NCBI GenBank assembly: GCA_964457085.1
Contig: CAYWDM010000004.1
Coordinates: 87,319-150,117 of the forward strand
DNA from: an uncultured Pseudomonadales bacterium
GTDB lineage: Bacteria; Patescibacteriota; Microgenomatia; UBA1400; PJMF01
Reading direction: 5' to 3'
DNA: 62,799 bases
Positions 9,371-17,556 of this stretch are shown here, one piece after another (position 1 is the stretch's first letter; every line of letters begins with the position of its first letter). The notes under the pieces were generated by a model, which searched no databases, had not been told where the DNA came from, and saw only the letters and a program-made list of their open reading frames with translations. A program made the translations under genes and the position numbers.

Positions 9371-10510
9371 TTACTTTCCTTTAGGTAATTCTAGTTGCAA
9401 TTGCACTCTTTGATATAAAGTTACCAACAAATCTGGTTTTTCTGGATCATTTACTATTAACATTAGATTTCCATAACCAGTTTTTTGAATAATCTTCTCC
9501 ATCACCGATTTTTTCGTCTGATGATCTTCTTGTGCTAACAATCGTTTTGAAATTTTATCGTCAGTCCAGCCTCGGTCCTTAAGCCATTGGAACTGCAATC
9601 CTTCAGGAGCGTCAACTAGAATCACTTGATTATTCACCAAACTTAACCAGTTAAATTCAGCAAACAAGGCACCATTCAAGACAATTAATCCTTTTTTTCC
9701 GAATAATTTTTTGCGAAGAGCAATTAGTAATGGTTCTGACAACAATTTATTTAGTTTATTGCGCTTTTTAGCATCATCAAAAACAATTTCAGACAAAACC
9801 TCACGATTAATCACTCCTGAATCCAACATAATTTCATCGCCAAATTCTAAAATAAGTTGTTGCTTTACCGATGAATGTGCCGGTTTCAGTATATTATTTA
9901 ATATTTCATGACCCAATAAATCCAAGTCTATATGATGTGCTTCAACTGCCATCGAAGTGGCATATGCCACTAATTTCTCTGAAATAAAATTTTTGCCGAC
10001 ACCTGGTTCACCAGTAACTCCAATTAAGTATTGACCAGAAATTTTCCGCTCAAGTGCCTGTTTAACTGCGAGTGGCACAAACTCTTGCACCAATCCCTGT
10101 GAAGCTTGAATCTCCCTAACTGCACTCGAGCTAATATGAGCAAATTCTTGTCTAGCAAATAACACGACCGTATCTGCTTGAGTACGCTGTGAGTGGCCCA
10201 ACCAATATAAATTGCGTTCATACTCCATGTCAGCTTCTGAACGAACTCCTCTTACAATCACCTCGGCTCCACTTTCATACGCAAAATCTACTAATAACCC
10301 AGTAAATGAAGTAACCGTAACATTTTTGATATGCAACAGGCTGGTTTCTGCCATCCGCTTTCGCTGCTCCAATGTGAAAAGGTATCTCTTAGTTGGATTA
10401 ACACCAATAGCCACTACCAACTCATCAAAGAGCTTGGCAGCACGCTCAATAATATTGATATGCCCAATGGTAATTGGGTCACCAGAAAAGGCGTAAATTG
10501 CCTTGCGCAT
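9371..10510 (-). CDS. coaD-coaE: Fusion of phosphopantetheine adenylyltransferase (CoaD) and dephospho-CoA kinase (CoaE)
   Basis: The N-terminal ~160 aa align by eye along E. coli CoaD (FSGDPITIGHINIIERA ... ISSSAVRE). The C-terminal ~210 aa carry a CoaE-like P-loop (LIGVTGEPGVGKN) and IDLD. Confidence 0.85.
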   Translation of the reverse strand: MRKAIYAFSGDPITIGHINIIERAAKLFDELVVAIGVNPTKRYLFTLEQRKRMAETSLLHIKNVTVTSFTGLLVDFAYESGAEVIVRGVRSEADMEYERNLYWLGHSQRTQADTVVLFARQEFAHISSSAVREIQASQGLVQEFVPLAVKQALERKISGQYLIGVTGEPGVGKNFISEKLVAYATSMAVEAHHIDLDLLGHEILNNILKPAHSSVKQQLILEFGDEIMLDSGVINREVLSEIVFDDAKKRNKLNKLLSEPLLIALRKKLFGKKGLIVLNGALFAEFNWLSLVNNQVILVDAPEGLQFQWLKDRGWTDDKISKRLLAQEDHQTKKSVMEKIIQKTGYGNLMLIVNDPEKPDLLVTLYQRVQLQLELPKGK

Positions 10511-10523
10511 ATTTTAGAACTAT

Positions 10524-11237
10524 CTAAATTTGATTAGTAGGCTGTTCAGTTGGTGGCAAAACTGCTTCTGTCGGAGTCTGCACTGCAGTCACTTCTGCTG
10601 GTGTTGACTGGCCGATCATCTGAGACCTCAAATGTGTGTAGAGCACGTATGATGCCAAACATGAAACAGGAATCGTGACGATTAAGCCAATAAATAATGC
10701 CAACATTCCCAAGAAATTTAAACCAATAATCATGATGTTAAATCCAAACAACTGCATTTTAATGCCGTTGGTCATTTTTTCACTCTCCTTCATCGCAGCA
10801 GAATATTCCAGTCCCTCATCAACAATCAGGAACAAAACGAACATGTACTTAAGTGACCAAATAACACCTGGAACAATAAGTAATAAAAATCCCAACATTG
10901 TTATAAAACCTACTACGAGCGACCCAAGAAAGTATTGAAGAAGATACTGAGCACCTCCAAATAGGTCAGCAAAGTTAATTTGCTGATTACGTACTACCGC
11001 CAGCATTAATTTCATCATCCCAATTGAAAGAAATAAGGTAAAAATCTGGACACCAATACTCGCAATAACTGTCAAGCCTGCCAGATCACTGTTTTGCAGT
11101 CCACTAACCAAACCACCGGCAACACTCGAAAGCACCATGTAGAGTGCCCCGATACCAAATATTTGAGTCCATTTTTCTTTAAAAATTGCCCATGCCTTAC
11201 TAATGATTTCGCCTGTGCTGAAATTAAGTTTTTCCAT
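10524..11237 (-). CDS. Polytopic membrane protein, unknown function
   Basis: 237 aa with about 5-6 hydrophobic helices and a Thr/Pro-rich C-terminal tail. No catalytic motif recognised. Confidence 0.55.
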   Translation of the reverse strand: MEKLNFSTGEIISKAWAIFKEKWTQIFGIGALYMVLSSVAGGLVSGLQNSDLAGLTVIASIGVQIFTLFLSIGMMKLMLAVVRNQQINFADLFGGAQYLLQYFLGSLVVGFITMLGFLLLIVPGVIWSLKYMFVLFLIVDEGLEYSAAMKESEKMTNGIKMQLFGFNIMIIGLNFLGMLALFIGLIVTIPVSCLASYVLYTHLRSQMIGQSTPAEVTAVQTPTEAVLPPTEQPTNQI

Positions 11238-11380
11238 ATGTGCCCTTCAAAAAGATTATATCCCAAACTTACCGGCTCAGTCAGTGCATTTTTAACAATA
11301 CGCTGACAACTTTACAAGTAATGGCACTTACAATTCTTATTTGGTGCTAAAATGCTTTGTATATAAATAGCTTAAGGAGT

Positions 11381-12781
11381 ATGTCAACAAACATTCCTGA
11401 TGATCCTCTTAATAAAAAACACGAAAAAATAGTTTTTCTCTTTAATCTCTCTGAAGATGTCTGGCCATTCATTCAGTCGATGAGCAGCATCCAGGAGAGA
11501 ACCTATGAGATTGAAGAAAATGCCAATCTAGCAGACAAAGAGCTGTTCTCAATTTCCGATGAGAGTGATGTTATTTTCATCACTCCAAAACCCATTCAGC
11601 CCGATTTTCTTGAATACTACAAAGAACTGGTAAATGTTAAAAAACTTGAGATCTTGGTTCCCACCACTCACACAGGATTATTATCTGAAGATGTAAGTAG
11701 AGATAAAGTCTTGTTTGAAAAATTAGTAGCGGCAGCAAATGGTGTTAAGAAATTGACACTACTCAGCTACTCTACTTCATTTCAATTCTTAGACTTAGTC
11801 GAAAAATTACGACAACGAGGCATCGCTGTCTATACGCCAGAAGCTCCTGAAGAACAAGATGGCTGGACAGTCAACTTTTTTGGCAGTAAATCAGGTATTC
11901 GTCAGCTCGCCCAACAAAGCGTGGCCGAAGAGCCAGATTTCATGATGGCTGAAGGCTTGATCTGCGTTAATATTATTGATGCAGCAAAAATCGCTGCACG
12001 TAAATACCTTAAAGAGGATGGTGTGGTGCTTAAAACAAATAAGGGCCATTCCGGAGCTGGAGTGCTGATTTTCCGCGAGGGAGAACTCCCCAGTGAATAT
12101 CACGAGTGTGAGGCAGCCATCCTGAAGGCTCTTCAAAAAGATGAGTACTGGGATCGATTCCCCATTGTCATTGAAAGCCTGGTAAATGTGAGTACTGCGG
12201 TCGGTGGCGGCTTTCCAAACGTTGAATTTAAAATTCGCAAAAGTGGTGAGATTGAGTTTCTCTACTTCTGCGGACTTCGCGTCACCAAAAATGGAGTATT
12301 CCAAGGTGTGGAGATGCACGAAGATGTTTTGAATGATCGCATTGAAGCTAGAGTGGTTGACATGGGCTTTTTCATTGGCGAGCAATATGCAGCAGCAGGG
12401 TATCGCGGATATTACGACGTCGACTTAATCGCTGCCAAAAATGGTGAGATTTATGTCTCAGAATCTAACACACGCCGTACTGGAGGAACATATGCCTACA
12501 AAATTGCCACTAAGTTAATTGGCAAAGACTTCATGAGTGATTCGTATGTGTTATCTGACAACAACTACAAGCTGCACGATGGTATTAAGCCAACCTTCAA
12601 GCAAGTTCTGGATGTATTGAAGACTGTACTCTTCAATAAAAAAACTAAAGAAGGTGTCGTGATTGTCTCAGCTAACTTGCTTGCCCAAAGTGGTTTGGGA
12701 TACATCGTTTTTGGTAAATCCAAAAAACGCTCACTTGAAATTGAGGAAAAAATGTTTGCCCTCTTAAGGACACTCAAATAA
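11381..12781 (+). CDS. ATP-grasp domain protein, unknown substrate
   Basis: AAGGAG RBS 1 nt upstream of the ATG at 11381 (unusually short spacing). VVLKTNKGHSGAGVLIF and YYDVDLIAAKNGEIYVSESNTRRTGG resemble ATP-grasp nucleotide-binding and C-terminal lobes. A long N-terminal domain precedes them. Confidence 0.6.
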   Translation: MSTNIPDDPLNKKHEKIVFLFNLSEDVWPFIQSMSSIQERTYEIEENANLADKELFSISDESDVIFITPKPIQPDFLEYYKELVNVKKLEILVPTTHTGLLSEDVSRDKVLFEKLVAAANGVKKLTLLSYSTSFQFLDLVEKLRQRGIAVYTPEAPEEQDGWTVNFFGSKSGIRQLAQQSVAEEPDFMMAEGLICVNIIDAAKIAARKYLKEDGVVLKTNKGHSGAGVLIFREGELPSEYHECEAAILKALQKDEYWDRFPIVIESLVNVSTAVGGGFPNVEFKIRKSGEIEFLYFCGLRVTKNGVFQGVEMHEDVLNDRIEARVVDMGFFIGEQYAAAGYRGYYDVDLIAAKNGEIYVSESNTRRTGGTYAYKIATKLIGKDFMSDSYVLSDNNYKLHDGIKPTFKQVLDVLKTVLFNKKTKEGVVIVSANLLAQSGLGYIVFGKSKKRSLEIEEKMFALLRTLK

Positions 12782-12805
12782 TTACTACTCAGTGAAACTC
12801 TAAGA

Positions 12806-12832
12806 AAACCCCGCAAATCAGCGGGGTTTTTT
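12806..12832. terminator. Bidirectional intrinsic terminator between convergent genes
   Basis: AAAACCCCGC-AAATCA-GCGGGGTTTTTT. The GC-rich 6-bp stem is flanked by an A-run and a T-run, so it is usable on both strands. Confidence 0.8.
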
Positions 12833-13567
12833 AATTAGCCCAGAAACCGCCATGTGATCGCTTACTCCCTGATGGACACCAACCATATCGACCTGATATG
12901 ACTGAGTGCTGAATAGGTAGTCGACCATTAATTGCAGATTTCCAGCTTTGTGCCAGTTTCCATCAATTGATGTTGTAACATCAGCAGGTATGTTATCTGT
13001 CAGCCAACTGGTTAATTGCTGATATACCACCCCACCTCTAGGAGCATTAAAATCACCACAGAGCACAAACTCACCCAGCTCCTGATGTAGAATTTTTTCC
13101 AAAGCCGTGAGATTTTCACCTTGTAGAGGAATATAGCCACCACCAGAAGCCCAAGTAAAATGAGTGGTTGCGATACGAAATTGTTGACCGTCTTTTTCCA
13201 CATCCATCCAGAGTACTGCTCGATTCAAACAATTATTATTTTTTTCATCAAGAATTGGAATTTCTTTTCGATCTCCTACATAAAACCGCTCGTTGGTCGC
13301 CTGTATAGGCAATTTTGAAAAAATAGCCAAGCCAAATAAACCTGCATCCTCTATATCAAAAGAGTTAATAAAATTGCTGTTCAACATTGGCGTAAATGAA
13401 AACTGCATTCCAAGTTGAGTGGCCATCATCTCCAGATCAACCTCAAAAACCTCCTGAACACACACCACGTCCGCTTCTTGTGATATCAAAAATGGCAACA
13501 GTCGCTCAAAATGCTTACGACCCTCAATGTTGCATGAAATCAATTTGACACCTGCTTTGGTTTTCAT
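12818..13567 (-). CDS. Endonuclease/exonuclease/phosphatase (EEP) family protein
   Basis: 249 aa. N-terminal CNIEG ... VVCVQEV, GDFNAPR and the C-terminal SDHMAV match EEP catalytic motifs. Confidence 0.75.
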   Translation of the reverse strand: MKTKAGVKLISCNIEGRKHFERLLPFLISQEADVVCVQEVFEVDLEMMATQLGMQFSFTPMLNSNFINSFDIEDAGLFGLAIFSKLPIQATNERFYVGDRKEIPILDEKNNNCLNRAVLWMDVEKDGQQFRIATTHFTWASGGGYIPLQGENLTALEKILHQELGEFVLCGDFNAPRGGVVYQQLTSWLTDNIPADVTTSIDGNWHKAGNLQLMVDYLFSTQSYQVDMVGVHQGVSDHMAVSGLIKKPR

Positions 13568-13595
13568 CGTAAAAGTATATCAATAGACTTGATAG

Positions 13596-14681
13596 TTATG
13601 TTTTGTGAAACAGCACCTGTGGTAAATTGCCCAACATAGTTTGATACGCTTCACATGGCGTCCAACAGTTGCTGCATTTTTTAAGTGCAATCAATTCTCG
13701 CACCCGTTGAGTCTCTGGCGTATTCCAGAAACTATCTAATTTGAAATCTAGATCACGCAAATTACCTAACTTTTTTGACCACATTGCACACGCATAACAG
13801 TCACCAATATTATCGATAAAAACCGATGATGTAAGTGATTTACATGGCAATGGTGTCTTCTTTTTTTGATAATACTCCTGTGCAAAACTACGATATTTGG
13901 CATCCAGCCACCGTTCAGCATTAAGCCACCAACCTATCGGTTTGTGGGCATCAAACTCGGCCAGTGCAGTTACGGTTTTGTCAGCTACTTTTTTATCTGA
14001 TGCAGCGTCAGCAGTATTTCCATAGTAATGACTTGAGTAATGTGCCAAATTAAAATGAAAATCAGTCCAGGAAAGTTCTGGAAACTTCTCTTTCGCTGCC
14101 GACATGAGTTTTTTCAAATGATCGACATTCGCGGCAGATATAGTGACTCCAAATACAACAGTAAAGCGTGAGTTCAGCAGTGGTTTAAGCAATGCGTAGG
14201 TTTGTATGACTCTCTGCCAGTTTCCCTTTACACCCCTGAGTGAATCATGCAGCATCTCATCTCCATCCAGTGACAAGGTGATAGAAAATTTTGGTGGATT
14301 TTTATCCAATATATGCTGTGCGAGTTCAAGCACTTTTTTTGGTTGCAGACAGTTTGTTGGAAAATGGAAAAAAAATAGGTCAAGACTATGCTCAAAAATA
14401 CTGTCCACGATTTGTTTAATATCTCGACGCAAAGTAATTTCTCCACCAGTCAGCTGTATCCAACTAAAATAGGGATTTATTTTAAAAAAAGTATCAATCT
14501 CGGTGACAGTTAACTCGTTTTGCAACGGTTTCTGCCAAATTGAGCACAAAGTGCATTTTGAGTTACATCGATATGTACATGAAAAAGTTAATTTGTATGG
14601 ATGTGGCTCATAACCCAAGTTACTTGCCAAAACTTTTGAACCAAAGGCTAGTAGTTTAGTGCTATTAACAAGACTTTTCAT
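13596..14681 (-). CDS. Radical SAM protein with C-terminal Cys-rich (SPASM/twitch-like) region
   Basis: CNSKCTLC (CX3CX2C) near the N-terminus. C-terminal cysteines lie in CKSL ... CYACAMW ... CSNCWTPCEAY. A 4-nt overlap with the upstream GT2 gene suggests translational coupling. Confidence 0.8.
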   Translation of the reverse strand: MKSLVNSTKLLAFGSKVLASNLGYEPHPYKLTFSCTYRCNSKCTLCSIWQKPLQNELTVTEIDTFFKINPYFSWIQLTGGEITLRRDIKQIVDSIFEHSLDLFFFHFPTNCLQPKKVLELAQHILDKNPPKFSITLSLDGDEMLHDSLRGVKGNWQRVIQTYALLKPLLNSRFTVVFGVTISAANVDHLKKLMSAAKEKFPELSWTDFHFNLAHYSSHYYGNTADAASDKKVADKTVTALAEFDAHKPIGWWLNAERWLDAKYRSFAQEYYQKKKTPLPCKSLTSSVFIDNIGDCYACAMWSKKLGNLRDLDFKLDSFWNTPETQRVRELIALKKCSNCWTPCEAYQTMLGNLPQVLFHKT

Positions 14682-15379
14682 AGTAAATTTTTAAGCAGTC
14701 CCCAGGCATATTTAGGTGTCATTGCCCATAGATTAATTCTTGATTTACCAGAAACTCTCGCATACTCATGGCTGGGAATCTCATAAATGAGCAGCTTGTG
14801 TTTAAGTGCTTTCATCACCATTTCTTGCTCGATTGCGAATGAATCATCTGTTAATAATAGCCTCATTGCAGCGACACGAGATATTGCTCTAAAACCATTC
14901 TGAGTGTCTGTTAGCTCCACACCAAATCGTAAATTAATTATTACGGTGATGATGCTGCTACCAATTAAGCGAATCATTTTCTCAACCGTCCCATGTAGCT
15001 CATCACTCCCACCTCTTCCCCTAGAAGCCAACACCATATCCGCCTCATTCTTTAAAATTGGTTTCACTAATTTTGGAATATCCGCAGTGCGATGACTGCC
15101 ATCTGCATCAAGCAACACAATTACCTTACCTCGTGATTTATGTATGCCCAGTCGAACAGCCTCACCTTTTCCTTTACCTGAATCAAATAAAATCCGGATT
15201 TTATTACACTCAATCTTAGGATATCTCCTCTTAAGTTCCAAAAGATTGCAGGTATCACCTGGAGCAATCACCACCACCACTTCATCTGTTTTTGTAGAGA
15301 CCTCGGAGATGGTTCTATACAGTGATGCTCCTTCTGCTTTAGCACAAATCACTGCACTAATTTGAGTCATTTGCTTCAT
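14678..15379 (-). CDS. GT2 glycosyltransferase, polyprenol-phosphate sugar synthase-like
   Basis: ISAVICAKAEG ... VLLDADGSH (DxD) and a ~230-aa size typical of Dpm1/ArnC/GtrB-like enzymes. The start is ambiguous (ATG at 15379 or 15370; the tracked 15409 is less likely). Confidence 0.75.
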   Translation of the reverse strand: MKQMTQISAVICAKAEGASLYRTISEVSTKTDEVVVVIAPGDTCNLLELKRRYPKIECNKIRILFDSGKGKGEAVRLGIHKSRGKVIVLLDADGSHRTADIPKLVKPILKNEADMVLASRGRGGSDELHGTVEKMIRLIGSSIITVIINLRFGVELTDTQNGFRAISRVAAMRLLLTDDSFAIEQEMVMKALKHKLLIYEIPSHEYARVSGKSRINLWAMTPKYAWGLLKNLL

Positions 15380-16859
15380 CACTGGCAGTATACACAACAA
15401 TTTGTCCAAACTCAGCTACTTTTACCAAATTCAGAGCACTAGCACACTGTTCAATTACAGCCACTGTTGGCCATTCATCAACCGAGCTCATCAACAACAC
15501 GGTATCTCGTTGTGAATACTCTGGGCATTTTTCAAAGGCAACAACAGTAAGTGACTTTGAAACATATCCAAATAGCGGCTGAGTGAAATACGCAACTGAC
15601 AGCCAATCTCCATAGAGTTGCTTCTCGGAATATTTCATTTGCCAAAATTCCACAAGTTCTTGATATCTCTTGCTGACGGTGAATGATCGCAAGTCTTGGT
15701 CTCTTGCCCAGCCATCAGTTACCGCTGATTTTAAGACAGATAACTCTTTACCAAGTAATACAGCAACACACACAATCGGCAATAAAGTTGCAGTTACAAG
15801 ATTCACCTCTTTCAACTTCATTGTCAGTAACGTCACACCAAATAGCATCAGCACGTATATTCCGAGTACATATCTTGGGATAAAGGCTCCAACTAATACA
15901 AATAATAACTGGAAAAAAGCACCAAACAATACTGCGTATAATAATTTTTTATTTAGATTACATTTACATTTTGTAACAAAAAATGTAGTAAGCCCAAGTA
16001 TTGCCACTATCGTCACCAACCAATTACCATTCTCCCAAAAAATACCGAGTAACTTAGAAAATATCGCTGCGTCATACAATTTGTCGTTCGAAAAAAATCT
16101 CAAGTTAAATGGCCATAACCACCAACCAAGAAAATACTTGTTTCCAAGCAGCCACAATAGGAACCACAATAAGGGGCTTAGTAAAAATGTGATTCGCTTC
16201 CAAAATGCCAAAGTGCTAATCTTATTTGCTATTTTATCTGTTAGCAGTAGTTCGACTATTACTATTGCCAGTAGATATATCACTCCTGATTCTTTTGTCA
16301 GTAACAGTAATGACAGTGATATCCAATACTCCAGTGAATTATTAGCGGCATAGGCACGAACTCCCAGTAGCCATAAAGCCAAAAGTAATAGCTCTCCCTG
16401 GAACAATAAGGCTTGACCTAACACCACTGGCAATACTGCAAACAGCAGCGTCAATTCCCAACTAAAAAATTCTAACAAAATAGTATTTTTATTTTTCTTG
16501 CCTTTCTCAAATGAAGCAACCAATTCAGTAATAATTTGTTTTACTAACCAAATTACTACTGCATAGATGCTTAGGGCAAAAATCCGAAGTGGCCAGATTG
16601 TTTGACCAAAAACCCCAAATAAAATTGCTCCAAATTCAAACAATAGTGGTGGTTTATAAGACCAAAACTCCACAAACGGAAAACCATGTGCCTCAAAAAT
16701 GGTCCGTGCTCCATCAATATATGCAGTCTCATCCCAATGTGCGGGTTGGTGTCGAAACTGGAGACCAATGCACAGTACCACCAAAATGATACATAAAAAC
16801 TCAGCTATTTTTTTGTTGATTCTCAATTTTGAAAAAAAATTAAACTGCAACATGTTCAC
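15357..16859 (-). CDS. GT-C fold membrane glycosyltransferase (PMT/ArnT-like)
   Basis: 500 aa with more than 10 predicted TM helices. The first loop contains HWDETAYIDGA (a DE motif typical of GT-C enzymes), and there is a soluble C-terminal domain. Confidence 0.65.
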   Translation of the reverse strand: MNMLQFNFFSKLRINKKIAEFLCIILVVLCIGLQFRHQPAHWDETAYIDGARTIFEAHGFPFVEFWSYKPPLLFEFGAILFGVFGQTIWPLRIFALSIYAVVIWLVKQIITELVASFEKGKKNKNTILLEFFSWELTLLFAVLPVVLGQALLFQGELLLLALWLLGVRAYAANNSLEYWISLSLLLLTKESGVIYLLAIVIVELLLTDKIANKISTLAFWKRITFLLSPLLWFLLWLLGNKYFLGWWLWPFNLRFFSNDKLYDAAIFSKLLGIFWENGNWLVTIVAILGLTTFFVTKCKCNLNKKLLYAVLFGAFFQLLFVLVGAFIPRYVLGIYVLMLFGVTLLTMKLKEVNLVTATLLPIVCVAVLLGKELSVLKSAVTDGWARDQDLRSFTVSKRYQELVEFWQMKYSEKQLYGDWLSVAYFTQPLFGYVSKSLTVVAFEKCPEYSQRDTVLLMSSVDEWPTVAVIEQCASALNLVKVAEFGQIVVYTASDEANDSN

Positions 16860-17376
16860 GTTTGAGCAATTTTCTTTTTAAATCTAGACCATATCCATAC
16901 CCGCCAATTCCCTTTGAGGCAATAACTCGATGACAAGGAATTAAAAACGGAAATGGATTCTTACCACAAGCACTCCCAACTGCTCTAACCGCATTCGGAT
17001 GATGGATTTTTTTTGCTAATTCTTGATATGAAATGACAGTTCCTGCTGGTATTTCAGAAATTGCACGCCATACTTTTTTTTGAAAGTCAGTGCCTTTTAA
17101 ATGGTACAGCAAGCTCCTGGAATTTTTTTCAACTTTCTGTAACTTGTTATCTAAAAATGCCTGCATTGTCGATAACAACTCTTTTTGTGACGTGTTTAAT
17201 TCAGTGTTTTTAAGAGTACAAGCTAGATCTATTTCTTCACTCATTCCAACCGGAAAAATCTCAACAGGCAAATTCTTTTCTGCATCCCAACTTATACTCA
17301 GCGCCTTCAGCAACCACTCTGATTGCAGCTTGGGTGTCAACAATACACAAAATGAATCAGTTTTGTGCAAAATCAT
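16840..17376 (-). CDS. ogt: Methylated-DNA--protein-cysteine methyltransferase
   Basis: The active site IPCHRVI plus TVISYQELA and NAVRAVGSACGKNP are canonical Ogt/Ada-C motifs. Confidence 0.85.
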   Translation of the reverse strand: MILHKTDSFCVLLTPKLQSEWLLKALSISWDAEKNLPVEIFPVGMSEEIDLACTLKNTELNTSQKELLSTMQAFLDNKLQKVEKNSRSLLYHLKGTDFQKKVWRAISEIPAGTVISYQELAKKIHHPNAVRAVGSACGKNPFPFLIPCHRVIASKGIGGYGYGLDLKRKLLKREHVAV

Positions 17377-17411
17377 AAAATGCCATCTGCTTGAAAAAGC
17401 AGCTCTCTACA

Positions 17412-17555
17412 TTAGAACAACATGTACACAAACGGACTGATTGGGGAAGTTGTTGAGAAGACGACTAACGCACCAAAAATGATGAAAACAACAATTGGAG
17501 GAATCAGCCACCATTTTTTATTTTCCATTAAAAAATCCCACAGTTCTTTGAACAT
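17412..17555 (-). CDS. 47-aa single-TM protein (DUF5989-like), absent from the ORF track
   Basis: My manual translation is MFKELWDFLMENKKWWLIPPIVVFIIFGALVVFSTTSPISPFVYMLF. The ATG lies 1 nt after the carbamoyltransferase stop. This sequence type recurs next to carbamoyltransferases, from memory. Confidence 0.6.
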   Translation of the reverse strand: MFKELWDFLMENKKWWLIPPIVVFIIFGALVVFSTTSPISPFVYMLF

Positions 17556-17556
17556 A

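Noticed and set aside
11891-12385. 164-aa minus-strand ORF inside the ATP-grasp gene
   Set aside because: It is antisense to an ORF carrying recognisable ATP-grasp motifs and has no features of its own.
15670-16353. 227-aa plus-strand ORF (and 15683-15883) inside the GT-C gene
   Set aside because: It is antisense to a 500-aa membrane-protein ORF that has a coherent TM pattern and the GT-C DE motif. Its own translation is low-complexity and Ser/Asn/Thr-rich, as expected from reading an AT-rich hydrophobic gene backwards.
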